Source of the DNA: a phage
Direction: 5' to 3' (one strand)
Length of the DNA: 64,000 bases
Sequence record: PV808484.1
Numbering within the stretch: the stretch's first letter is position 1; every line of letters begins with the position of its first letter. Below are positions 47,606-56,677 of the stretch, piece after piece. The notes beneath the pieces were generated by a model. That model worked only from the letters and a program-made list of their open reading frames with translations, ran no database searches and was not told where the DNA came from. A program made the position numbers and the translations under genes.

Positions 47606-47818
47606 CTATTCATCATCTGAACTCTCTGTTGAGAATGTTCGTGTGTAGGGACACTGACGACTTGCAGAAACCTCTATAACCTTGTCGTACATACCGTTAG
47701 AGTAAAAACAGTATTTTGTACTTCCAGAAACTTGTTCTCCAGAATTAATTAAAGTTATTTGACCAGCATAAGAATAAGAACTGATTACTAAAAGTAAACC
47801 GACAAGAAGTTTTTTCAT
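47606..47818 (-). CDS. small secreted protein (signal peptide)
   Basis: MKKLLVGLLLVISSYSYAGQ signal-peptide-like N-terminus. Confidence 0.5.
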   Translation of the reverse strand: MKKLLVGLLLVISSYSYAGQITLINSGEQVSGSTKYCFYSNGMYDKVIEVSASRQCPYTRTFSTESSDDE

Positions 47819-47893
47819 TGGTGTGTCTCCTTAAAAGCCCACCTAACTAAGTAGGTAGGCATATTAACACATATTAAATTAGTAAGTCAAGTA

Positions 47894-48778
47894 TTATTTT
47901 TGAATAGTTGACTTGATAAGGTCTTGCATAATACCACGGATTTCATTAAAGCACAGAAGGACAGATGCTTCAAAAGATCCTTCTTCATCGTTAAAGTATT
48001 TAGGGAATTTAATACCACTCAACTTAAATTCTTTATCGACAATAAAGTTAACGAAACCGTCATATTCCAGGCCAATGGCAACAACGTGCTTACCATCTTC
48101 CATAAGTTCTACTGCACGAGATTCATAAAGGGACTCTTTACTCCATACAACCACACCTTCAGAATCTTCAAGTTTAATATAATTACCCAGGGTAAGTCGT
48201 TCAGCCTCATGTTCTTCTAAGATGGTATCAAAACCTTTAATAATGGCTTCTTCGTGTACACTAAACGGCAGAACTGGGAAAGTACCCAACACCTCACGAA
48301 GAAATACAGCAATATCTTCACTAATTTTCTTAGAACCATTAAGAACATAGGTAATACTGTTTTCAGTGTCTACAACAACATAGTTGTAGAAATCATCTGC
48401 CTCTGTTTCTGGAAGCAGAGAAAACACGATATCAGCCTCAATTGCTTTTTTACTTTCTTTATCCAAGAAGAATTCTTTAGTAGGATTTGCAGCAATAAAT
48501 TCTTGTTCCATCTCCTGGAGTTTTTCATTAAGAATGCGTTTAACTTTCTTCTTGTTAACTTTCTTAACAGACTGCCCTACTTTAATAACCTCTAAACCAG
48601 AGAACACTTTTACATAGGAACCATCATCTTCAAAACGAACAAGACCAATGGTATGTGCTTGTTGCCCCTGTGCCACAACAAAATCCAGCGGTTTGTCTGT
48701 TACTGTGTCCAGTGCTGAAATAGACAGACCATCACCAGAAATCAGGGTTACGCAAGATTTGAAATTTTTAGCAAACAT
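47894..48778 (-). CDS. RdgC-like recombination-associated protein
   Basis: start moved to Met with GAGGAG RBS; length and LGTFPVLPFS block resemble RdgC. Confidence 0.5.
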   Translation of the reverse strand: MFAKNFKSCVTLISGDGLSISALDTVTDKPLDFVVAQGQQAHTIGLVRFEDDGSYVKVFSGLEVIKVGQSVKKVNKKKVKRILNEKLQEMEQEFIAANPTKEFFLDKESKKAIEADIVFSLLPETEADDFYNYVVVDTENSITYVLNGSKKISEDIAVFLREVLGTFPVLPFSVHEEAIIKGFDTILEEHEAERLTLGNYIKLEDSEGVVVWSKESLYESRAVELMEDGKHVVAIGLEYDGFVNFIVDKEFKLSGIKFPKYFNDEEGSFEASVLLCFNEIRGIMQDLIKSTIQK

Positions 48779-48788
48779 AGTTTTCTCC

Positions 48789-49067
48789 TCAAATAACAAC
48801 TACAAAATATTTTACACCATCATATTCTACAATATGATCAGGATATTTAAATCCTTTATAAGATTTACCAAACAGACTAACAGCCTCATTAGCTTTGTTT
48901 TGCGGATTACTCAACCACTGTTCTTCTGTGTAAAACTTAAATTCTGTTCTCTTACCTTCTTTTTCTAAACCAACAATTTCCTGTGTGATATCTTCAATAC
49001 CTGCATTCTTCAAGGATTTGATCACCTGACGCAAACCGTGTTTAAAGATATCTTCTGCTGTTAACAT
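48789..49067 (-). CDS. hypothetical protein
   Basis: ORF track. Confidence 0.45.
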   Translation of the reverse strand: MLTAEDIFKHGLRQVIKSLKNAGIEDITQEIVGLEKEGKRTEFKFYTEEQWLSNPQNKANEAVSLFGKSYKGFKYPDHIVEYDGVKYFVVVI

Positions 49068-49079
49068 AATACCTCCAAT

Positions 49080-49097
49080 AAGCCCCCGAAGGGGCTT
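49080..49097 (-). terminator. terminator hairpin AGCCCCCGAAGGGGCT
   Basis: read directly. Confidence 0.5.
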
Positions 49098-49103
49098 TAT
49101 TTC

Positions 49104-49826
49104 TTAAGCAATGATTGCTGCGATATTAGGTTTAACAAAGGTAGATGGTTTCATAATTTTACCTTTGTCATCAAAGAATACATACACCTTTTGAACTTCG
49201 TTATATACAGCGTGTACCCCAGTATAAGAACCTTCTGCACGATCTTTGCTTCGCATCTCTATAGCATCACATTCTTTTTCAAGAGCTTCAATAATATCCT
49301 TAGTTTCCCAAATAGCCAGGAGTTGCTTCTTGGTAGGATATTTGGACTCATTGCTATTCAACACTTCACGCATAACCTTCTTCTCGTTATAAACAGAACG
49401 TACCAAAGTATCTCGTGCCATACGTGTAAGTGTAAGAGACATTAGGGCAAATTGCAAGTCATTTTCTACCATTTTATCAAATTCAATGATAACATCGTAA
49501 ATGTTTTCTGCCAGAACATCTCCTGTCGGCATTTCCAGAGCTTTATCAACACCTTCTTTACCAAAGAACATAAACGCCAGGTAGGATGCTACCACAAAAA
49601 TATCTGCTGCTGCATCAAGTAATTCAACGTGATCATTTTCCTGTGCTGCTGCTTGGAACTCTTTAAGTTCTTCTCGTACAAAAGAAAGTTGAGCTTCAAA
49701 CATCTCTTGAGTAAACTCTGGAGTTACTCCACCACGTGCCTTAGCATTCCAAGCAACAATCTGATCGGCAGCTTTGATAAAGAAGCTATTGTCCACTTTT
49801 ACTTGTTTGAAAAAATTCTCGATCAT
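49104..49826 (-). CDS. MazG-like nucleotide pyrophosphohydrolase (tentative)
   Basis: EELKEF and ELLDAAADIF acidic helices typical of all-alpha NTP pyrophosphatases. Confidence 0.4.
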   Translation of the reverse strand: MIENFFKQVKVDNSFFIKAADQIVAWNAKARGGVTPEFTQEMFEAQLSFVREELKEFQAAAQENDHVELLDAAADIFVVASYLAFMFFGKEGVDKALEMPTGDVLAENIYDVIIEFDKMVENDLQFALMSLTLTRMARDTLVRSVYNEKKVMREVLNSNESKYPTKKQLLAIWETKDIIEALEKECDAIEMRSKDRAEGSYTGVHAVYNEVQKVYVFFDDKGKIMKPSTFVKPNIAAIIA

Positions 49827-49835
49827 TGTTTCTCC

Positions 49836-50042
49836 TTATTTAAAATATTGTTCTAACAAAACACTAATGCGAACTACCGATTCGCCCATATACGCCCCAG
49901 CACAGAGGAAAACAACAAATCTACAAAAATTGCAGTACCATTTGTCAACTGGAAACGAGGCTAACATTATAATTGCAATAGCAATTAACATCATAAGAAC
50001 TGTTGCTAATACCATACTACCTCTTACTCTGCTGGTTCCCAA
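49836..50042 (-). CDS. small membrane protein
   Basis: hydrophobic core VLATVLMMLIAIAIIMLASF. Confidence 0.45.
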   Translation of the reverse strand: MGTSRVRGSMVLATVLMMLIAIAIIMLASFPVDKWYCNFCRFVVFLCAGAYMGESVVRISVLLEQYFK

Positions 50043-51139
50043 GTACCTGGAATCATCTTACGTACACGTACCCCAACAGGTTTAGTAGGAATACCTTCGT
50101 CTGAAAATTCTTCGTACTCAATTTCAACAAATTGACCAATAAGTGTCAAAGCATTTTCTTCTTTACGATAGTTAATGGTTTCATCTGAATCCTTACGCAT
50201 CAGGAATTCGACTACTTTACCATTTTCCATCTCGCCTGTCAATACCCCGTCACCATTTTTATCACGTTTTGCACTGACTACCTTAACTTCAAGAGTCTGC
50301 CGTGGTTTACGTTTAATAACATCATAAGAACGTTTATCAAACTCGTAAACACCTTGTGCGTTACGATACACAACACCTTCCGCTTTCTCATGCAGAGCTT
50401 TTGCATAGAAAGCATCAAACTGCTCTTGGTTTTCAATGTATTCTGTATGTACTACACAAATGAGTTCATCTAAACCTTTATCTTCAACAACTTCTTTTAG
50501 AGCAGCTAAAACTTGAACCCTCTTCTCAAATGGTACAGATGGCACAGGAACATCATATACATAGTATTTAAGAAGCGGAGTGTTAGCATTATGCTTTTTC
50601 CACGCACTATTAATTTGTTGAAGGCTAAGGACACCCAAACCAGCAAAAACTTCACCGTCAAGAGGATGACCAACTACTTCTTTAATGAAGGTTGGAATTT
50701 CTTTCCAGTGAGGTGGAAGTTTATATACCTCCCCAGCTTTAGATAAACATTCACCTTGCATGTTAATCATTGAACGTAGACCATTCAATTTATATTGTGC
50801 ATAACCTGGGAACAAAACACGATCAGCATAATCTTTATAATCCTGACATTTCATGGGTGTGGAAGGAACATGGTTTTCAGCTTCCTCTTTTGTTTTATAA
50901 TACCCACTCTTAAGTTGCTTTGTCCATTTGGCAAGAGCTTCTATTTCAGCTTGTTCTTCTGCTGTTGTTTCATTTGAGCGACCAATATTTTTAGGTTCTG
51001 CTGTATAAGATTTGCTAGTAATCTTTCCACCTAATTGACCATGAGCAACAGTTACAACACTACCTTCGGTATAGACTGACCACTGTTTAATTTTACCTGT
51101 AGAAGTTTTACCATATAATGTAGGATTAGTTTGTTTCAT
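50024..51139 (-). CDS. ATP-dependent DNA ligase-like nucleotidyltransferase
   Basis: start moved to Met with GGAGG RBS; motif I YKLNGLR (N where D is canonical), motif III HPLDGEV, motif IV EGVVYR, motif V DVIKRK. Confidence 0.7.
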   Translation of the reverse strand: MKQTNPTLYGKTSTGKIKQWSVYTEGSVVTVAHGQLGGKITSKSYTAEPKNIGRSNETTAEEQAEIEALAKWTKQLKSGYYKTKEEAENHVPSTPMKCQDYKDYADRVLFPGYAQYKLNGLRSMINMQGECLSKAGEVYKLPPHWKEIPTFIKEVVGHPLDGEVFAGLGVLSLQQINSAWKKHNANTPLLKYYVYDVPVPSVPFEKRVQVLAALKEVVEDKGLDELICVVHTEYIENQEQFDAFYAKALHEKAEGVVYRNAQGVYEFDKRSYDVIKRKPRQTLEVKVVSAKRDKNGDGVLTGEMENGKVVEFLMRKDSDETINYRKEENALTLIGQFVEIEYEEFSDEGIPTKPVGVRVRKMIPGTWEPAE

Positions 51140-51329
51140 CTTTAACCTCCAGTTGCGAAAGAACCCATTTAGCCATTTCAATTTCACCGTGTAGTCTGCC
51201 TAGTTCATAGGCATCATCAATATTACCACCAGTGTAATCATCCACCATAAAGTAAGGATCTTCGCTACTGTTAGGTGCGTTTGCAATTCTCGTTAGTTCT
51301 TCAATAAATGTCATAGTCACCCTTACCAA
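51126..51329 (-). CDS. hypothetical protein
   Basis: ORF track. Confidence 0.4.
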   Translation of the reverse strand: MVRVTMTFIEELTRIANAPNSSEDPYFMVDDYTGGNIDDAYELGRLHGEIEMAKWVLSQLEVKDETN

Positions 51330-51547
51330 TTATACACAAGAGTTTGAATTTCTTCCATTAAGTCTTCAAGATCTGTATCAACGTATTCAGAAGATGTTGC
51401 CATAAAGTATGTAATCATTGTGAACCCTTCTGAAGAAAGGGCATCAAGGATATCATTAAACATATCTTCCATTTCAGTATTCTCACCAAATGAGAATAAC
51501 ATTTGTTGATCTTCGCTTACACCTTTAACATAGATAGCTGTACTCAT
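51323..51547 (-). CDS. hypothetical acidic protein
   Basis: ORF track. Confidence 0.4.
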   Translation of the reverse strand: MSTAIYVKGVSEDQQMLFSFGENTEMEDMFNDILDALSSEGFTMITYFMATSSEYVDTDLEDLMEEIQTLVYNW

Positions 51548-51550
51548 ATA

Positions 51551-51871
51551 TTAATCCTTAAGACGTTCATTTAAATCTGCAATAACATCACCTAAATCTT
51601 CACATTCCAGTGTTAATTCTGAAACTTGTCCACTCAAATAACAAACTTCTTCATTTAGATCTGAAATAATGTTTTCTAATGAATCTACTTGGTCATCATA
51701 TGAACGTTTTGTTTCTTCAAGTTCTTCCGTAAGATCATTAATCAAATGGAGCAAAGATAAGATATAACCGTCTCCTGTCGCGTTCCTCCACTCACTTCCG
51801 TAGCGATAAATAATAATTTCACCATTATCGACTACTGTAAAATACTTACCTTCACCAGAATAAATTTCCAT
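51551..51871 (-). CDS. hypothetical protein with coiled-coil-like C-terminus
   Basis: ORF track. Confidence 0.45.
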   Translation of the reverse strand: MEIYSGEGKYFTVVDNGEIIIYRYGSEWRNATGDGYILSLLHLINDLTEELEETKRSYDDQVDSLENIISDLNEEVCYLSGQVSELTLECEDLGDVIADLNERLKD

Positions 51872-51880
51872 ACGCTCTCC

Positions 51881-52285
51881 TTATTGTAGCTTAAGTGAAC
51901 TGCGAAGACGTTTCTCTTGCTGATCACGAATATGTTGTGGAACCTCATGAATTGAGTCGTTACCGTGCCTATTTTCAACAACTAAAGAGATAACTTGATA
52001 ACCAAACTCTTCAGCAAGAGTAAAATAAGGTTTAAGTTCTTTCTCTGTGGTTGAAGTGTTAGAGACAATAATCTTTTTAATATTAGACTGCATAGCATCA
52101 CGAACAATGACTCGACACCATGCGTGTGCTTTACCTACATTCTCTGGCTTCCAATCGTAAACACCACTTTCTGTGTAATGATATTGATCTGCCTCACAGA
52201 TAGGCCAATAACCTTCAGAAATAATTTCTGCTACTGTAGATTTACCTGCACCTGAAACACCACGTAAAATGATAAGTTGTTTCAT
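51881..52285 (-). CDS. P-loop polynucleotide kinase-like protein
   Basis: ILRGVSGAGKST Walker A; short kinase-only protein. Confidence 0.6.
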   Translation of the reverse strand: MKQLIILRGVSGAGKSTVAEIISEGYWPICEADQYHYTESGVYDWKPENVGKAHAWCRVIVRDAMQSNIKKIIVSNTSTTEKELKPYFTLAEEFGYQVISLVVENRHGNDSIHEVPQHIRDQQEKRLRSSLKLQ

Positions 52286-53218
52286 TTAGCCTCCAAAGAA
52301 GTTTTCTATTTCTTTACGTCGCTCTTGTGGATCTAGAGCAGCCCATTGAACCTTCGTAAAATTATTTCGAAGCCATTCTAGCAAAGTATAATATTCTTCG
52401 TCAACAATTTGTTTAGCATTTTTTGGGTTGTCCCAAATCATATCCCACTTCTTATTGCCACCACGCATAAGGAATTTCTTAGCAAGATAGTATGGTGACT
52501 TAATCTTTAAAAGTAAGTTAAACGGATAGTTTGTTTCACGAACAACAAAGCCTTCGTGTCTACAATGTTTAGACATTTCAACAACATCTGAAAATTTAAT
52601 CATTGGATAAACTTCAGGACGTTTAAACTTTGTAATAGATGCAATCCCATCAAGAACACCTTCAGGTAACATGAAACTTGTCCCATCAAGATTTTGAATT
52701 CTTGCTCCAATTAAGTATGCGCCTGGTTCTTCTTCGACAATATGTGGATCAGAAGGATCACAGATTTCAAAAAGGAAAGTTGCTTTTGCACTTTCTGTCC
52801 ACTTAATGAAATACTCTATGTCGTCACACTCGGAAACAATACGGTTCTTTGCCATAATTGCAAAATCTGATTCTAGGCTCCCTGTTGTTGATACAACAAG
52901 TTTCCCTTTGTACACACCTACAGATGCCATAAAACCGTTTACTTTACGGACAGCATCTACAAGCTGGTCTGCTGGAAGATCTGTACCATTCTCAAAACGA
53001 TTAAAGATTTTAGTAAAAGGCCAAATAACAACATTGTCTTCTGAGTCAACAACCAACCCACGACAATATAGAAGCCGTTTGTCAACGTTCCACAAATTAT
53101 CCCAGAATACATTGTTTTTGTATTTAAGTACAGCAAGACCAGCATACTCTCCAGATTTAACTTCTTTTTTATGCACTAAACCTTTTGCAATCAGGTCATC
53201 ACAATTGAACTTAGCCAC
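52286..53218 (-). CDS. RNA ligase-like nucleotidyltransferase
   Basis: motif I KVNGF, motif IV EGFVVR, motif V KIKSPYY. Confidence 0.6.
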   Translation of the reverse strand: MAKFNCDDLIAKGLVHKKEVKSGEYAGLAVLKYKNNVFWDNLWNVDKRLLYCRGLVVDSEDNVVIWPFTKIFNRFENGTDLPADQLVDAVRKVNGFMASVGVYKGKLVVSTTGSLESDFAIMAKNRIVSECDDIEYFIKWTESAKATFLFEICDPSDPHIVEEEPGAYLIGARIQNLDGTSFMLPEGVLDGIASITKFKRPEVYPMIKFSDVVEMSKHCRHEGFVVRETNYPFNLLLKIKSPYYLAKKFLMRGGNKKWDMIWDNPKNAKQIVDEEYYTLLEWLRNNFTKVQWAALDPQERRKEIENFFGG

Positions 53219-53219
53219 C

Positions 53220-53771
53220 TTAATCTCCTTTGATTATCTTATGATGGTCTACAACAACAATATCACGCTTATCCATAATAGAGATGATTTCGTCAAAATG
53301 CAAGATTTTCCCGTGTGCATCCCAACCAACATCCAACATCTTCCCATACAAATGATCAGGGAATGATCCGTGAGAGTGTCCGTGTAGCATGATTGATCCA
53401 TGCCCTTGTTTATTCCAGGCAGCCATAGGGTAATGGCTTAAGACGAAAAACAGCTTCTGATATTTCACTTCGTCATAATAAACCACTTCTCCATACTCTG
53501 CAAGCACTTTTCTGTGTTTACTGTAATCATGGTTCCCAACACAGTAAGTAATATCCCCTTGGAGACGGGAAGCAATCTTACGGGTATCTTCTTCAGTCCC
53601 GAAACAGAAGTCCCCAAGATGGTACATCTTTACTCCTGGTGTTGTGGCACATTTATTCCATGCTTCGATCAGTGCTTCTGTCATATGCTCCATATCTTCC
53701 CACGGGCGATATTCAGGAGCAAACTCTCGGATACGTTTGTGCATAAAATGCAAATCACTTGTAATAAACAT
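53220..53771 (-). CDS. calcineurin-like metallophosphoesterase
   Basis: SDLHFMH, HLGDF and GNHDY motifs. Confidence 0.7.
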   Translation of the reverse strand: MFITSDLHFMHKRIREFAPEYRPWEDMEHMTEALIEAWNKCATTPGVKMYHLGDFCFGTEEDTRKIASRLQGDITYCVGNHDYSKHRKVLAEYGEVVYYDEVKYQKLFFVLSHYPMAAWNKQGHGSIMLHGHSHGSFPDHLYGKMLDVGWDAHGKILHFDEIISIMDKRDIVVVDHHKIIKGD

Positions 53772-54133
53772 TAGTATAATCCCTCGCTGAATAGTTCACT
53801 GTCGTGACCATTTCTTTCATAGTTAATTTGTTTGGCGTTATCTGCAATGATATAAGCATCTTTGCGACTCCACCAATTATAATACTGATCAATAAACCCT
53901 TGATTATCAGGTAAGCAAAACAGTTTATCGATCAATCCTGCATCTTTTAAAACATTAAGTTGTGCAGATAGTACAGGATTTGCATGCCTAACACAAGGAA
54001 TAATTAACTCTTCGCCATTGTTGAGAATATACTTATTCGCAGCGCAGACTATAACACGTTGAGCATAGTGATCCTCACCAATCCAAGTAAGAGGTTGGTA
54101 ACAAATATCATGTTGATTAGTAGCGCACATCAA
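53771..54133 (-). CDS. hypothetical protein
   Basis: ORF track. Confidence 0.45.
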   Translation of the reverse strand: MMCATNQHDICYQPLTWIGEDHYAQRVIVCAANKYILNNGEELIIPCVRHANPVLSAQLNVLKDAGLIDKLFCLPDNQGFIDQYYNWWSRKDAYIIADNAKQINYERNGHDSELFSEGLY

Positions 54134-54288
54134 TTTTCTCCATACTCTTTTAATTTATCAGCGAAAAAACTGTAGTCAGGAAGTAAAAGATCATTACTAG
54201 TATCGCTCCAGTTTTCTTCCTCTCTATAGATAAAATGCCCTTCATCCTCTTCTTGCTCTGACCAAACTGAATAATGCATAATACCTAC

Positions 54289-54663
54289 TTAATAGTTAAC
54301 ACGTTTAATTTCAACACCATAGGATGAAATAAAATTTTCCTTAGCTAACATATATTTACCAGCAGCAGAAGGATTTGATGTATGAACATAGATAGTTTTA
54401 AGAGCATCCCATTCACCCGCGTACAACATACATTCTACATCCAAGAACGCATGATATCCTTCTTGATCTTCTCCAAGATCATTGTCGAAGTGTATCTCTG
54501 AGATAGTATTGAAATTATCTTCATCTGAAACAAAAGCTAACCAATCCTCAAAAGATTTTAACCAAATGGCATCCTCATAACCATAATCTTTAGGATTTCT
54601 TAAATCGTCTAACCAAAGAATTTTAGCCACTATCAACCCCCTGCCTGTTTCTCTTCTTTCCAA
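54289..54663 (-). CDS. hypothetical protein
   Basis: ORF track. Confidence 0.45.
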   Translation of the reverse strand: MERRETGRGLIVAKILWLDDLRNPKDYGYEDAIWLKSFEDWLAFVSDEDNFNTISEIHFDNDLGEDQEGYHAFLDVECMLYAGEWDALKTIYVHTSNPSAAGKYMLAKENFISSYGVEIKRVNY

Positions 54664-54824
54664 GTTTTACCTTTATCTACCAATTTCTTAGAAACAGCAA
54701 ATCTTTCCCCATTGATATAAAACAAATAAAGAATAAAGGATTTTCCTATAGTTACAGTATCTACTACTTCTACACGCTTCACACCTTGCATGTATTTGGC
54801 TTTACCTGAATAAATAAGAAACAT
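54633..54824 (-). CDS. hypothetical protein
   Basis: ORF track. Confidence 0.35.
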   Translation of the reverse strand: MFLIYSGKAKYMQGVKRVEVVDTVTIGKSFILYLFYINGERFAVSKKLVDKGKTWKEEKQAGG

Positions 54825-55102
54825 TACTTATTCCTTTTGTTGTTGATCACATCTAAAGCTGTGTAAGGCTTGTTTGTACCGCTGTATTCAAGAATAATTG
54901 GTACATATTCATAAACCAACTCAAAAGTGCCATACACAGAATCTGCAACTGAAATAAGCATTTCAGTGCCTTCGTCGTTCTTAATTAATGAAAATCTTGC
55001 CCCTGGTTTATTGAGCACTTCATATTTCTTACCTGCTGTCAGCAAACCTGAATACCATTCGTTTTGCACAACAGACAAACACTTCAGATAAGTTTTTCTC
55101 AT
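54824..55102 (-). CDS. hypothetical protein
   Basis: ORF track. Confidence 0.45.
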   Translation of the reverse strand: MRKTYLKCLSVVQNEWYSGLLTAGKKYEVLNKPGARFSLIKNDEGTEMLISVADSVYGTFELVYEYVPIILEYSGTNKPYTALDVINNKRNK

Positions 55103-55440
55103 TTCTTTTTGCTCCTTCTTTTAGGCTTCTCGTATAAACCTAACACAGCCGATTCTTTTGCACAAATAGGAACTGACTTCATTCCTCGTTTTTTAGCTTC
55201 TGGTAGATTCAAAACCCACCAGCCAAACCAGTACAATTCATCTTCTGTGAAAGGATCTGCCATAGGATCTGCATCACGTGCTTCAAATTTAGCAAGAGCT
55301 TCTTCTATCTTTTCTATTGGAGTATCAAAGACAAAAGCCTCTGTGTCAAATTTTTGTTTCTTAGGAGCGGCTTTTGCCGCCCCATCTTTAGATGCGCGCT
55401 TTGTTACGGATCGCTTCTTCGGTGTTTTCGCCATCAACAA
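55099..55440 (-). CDS. hypothetical basic protein (Lys-rich termini)
   Basis: ORF track. Confidence 0.45.
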   Translation of the reverse strand: MLMAKTPKKRSVTKRASKDGAAKAAPKKQKFDTEAFVFDTPIEKIEEALAKFEARDADPMADPFTEDELYWFGWWVLNLPEAKKRGMKSVPICAKESAVLGLYEKPKRRSKKK

Positions 55441-55627
55441 CCTCCATGCGGTGTAAGAAATCTTGCTGGAATCGCCAATACTGTTGACCAGTCCTTACAT
55501 CTTCGTAGATCACAACAGGATCAAATACTTTAGATACACCCGCTGGTTTAGGAAAACCAACTACACGATATAAACCGCCTTTGCTAATACAAGAATATGT
55601 TACATCAGTTAAAATTTCTTTTTTCAT
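55388..55627 (-). CDS. hypothetical protein
   Basis: ORF track. Confidence 0.4.
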   Translation of the reverse strand: MKKEILTDVTYSCISKGGLYRVVGFPKPAGVSKVFDPVVIYEDVRTGQQYWRFQQDFLHRMEVVDGENTEEAIRNKARI

Positions 55628-55821
55628 TTCTTAATAAACTCCAATACAGGTACGTGATCAGCAGTTAAAGTTACACAATTGTAACTCACCTTTTCAACTT
55701 CAGAGAATGCTTCAACCCATAGCAAGAAATTCTCTTTAGCTTCTTCATAATTCAATGTTGACTTAACAACATGGAACTCGCCAAGGATTACTCTATAGAT
55801 TGTTTGCATAGTTTGATTCAT
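55624..55821 (-). CDS. hypothetical protein
   Basis: ORF track. Confidence 0.4.
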   Translation of the reverse strand: MNQTMQTIYRVILGEFHVVKSTLNYEEAKENFLLWVEAFSEVEKVSYNCVTLTADHVPVLEFIKK

Positions 55822-55887
55822 TTATTTTTCCTTTGTTTAAAATGTGTTAAACAATCGCAAATGCTTGTGACGCACTTTGTGATTCCA

Positions 55888-56256
55888 CTAATTAATGTCA
55901 GCACTATGATTGTTGAGAGTATAGGATACTCCATCGCCCAAGTCAACATGAATCTCAACTCCTAACTGTCTTTCTAATGGTAAACGTTTTGAGAATTGAT
56001 AATTACAAAGTTTACAGTCTAAGTCAAGCAATTCATGTTTGCTTAAACCTGCAACGATAACTTTGCTTCCCACTGTCCACTCAATACCTTCAAAGTTATC
56101 TCTTCTTTTCAAAATGTCAAGTAAGAAGATGATTTGTTGCCATTCCGTAGACAAGTCTTCTTCATAGAAGGCAGAACAAAAAGTTTTATCATCGTAGAAA
56201 GCATACATTATGCCTCCATCTATTGTTTCACTTCTAACGTAACGTGTGACCCTCAT
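55888..56256 (-). CDS. hypothetical protein
   Basis: ORF track. Confidence 0.45.
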   Translation of the reverse strand: MRVTRYVRSETIDGGIMYAFYDDKTFCSAFYEEDLSTEWQQIIFLLDILKRRDNFEGIEWTVGSKVIVAGLSKHELLDLDCKLCNYQFSKRLPLERQLGVEIHVDLGDGVSYTLNNHSADIN

Positions 56257-56387
56257 TATTCCCTCCTGTATGGCTCTGTAACGAGCTAATAGCCTCTAAG
56301 ATATGCAATCACCTTACCTCACAGTAAAACTCGTTACAATCGTTTTTAGGAGGTTTAGGTTGTACTTAAAAATAATCTAAAAAGGTG

Positions 56388-56416
56388 TTGACAAACGCAA
56401 AAAAGTATGCTACCCT
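56388..56416 (+). promoter_or_regulatory. TTGACA-type promoter in the divergent AT-rich region
   Basis: TTGACA 56388-56393 with TACCCT about 17 bp downstream. Confidence 0.35.
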
Positions 56417-56677
56417 AACCCCCGAAAAACGCCGAGCGCAGCGAGGGGGTGTTATCTAATCTTGTGATACATGATCTAACAGACAACTGAGTAGTCTACA
56501 TATAGCACTATGTTATGTCTATAATACTAACATACATACTCTATACTAACAATAGATTCTTTATTAATTTTATTATTAATTAAATAATAAATTAAATAAT
56601 AAATATCTATTGACTTTAGATCTATCTGGAGGTAGAGTAGAGAACATAAAGTCCTAACTCAACTAAGGAGATAAAGA

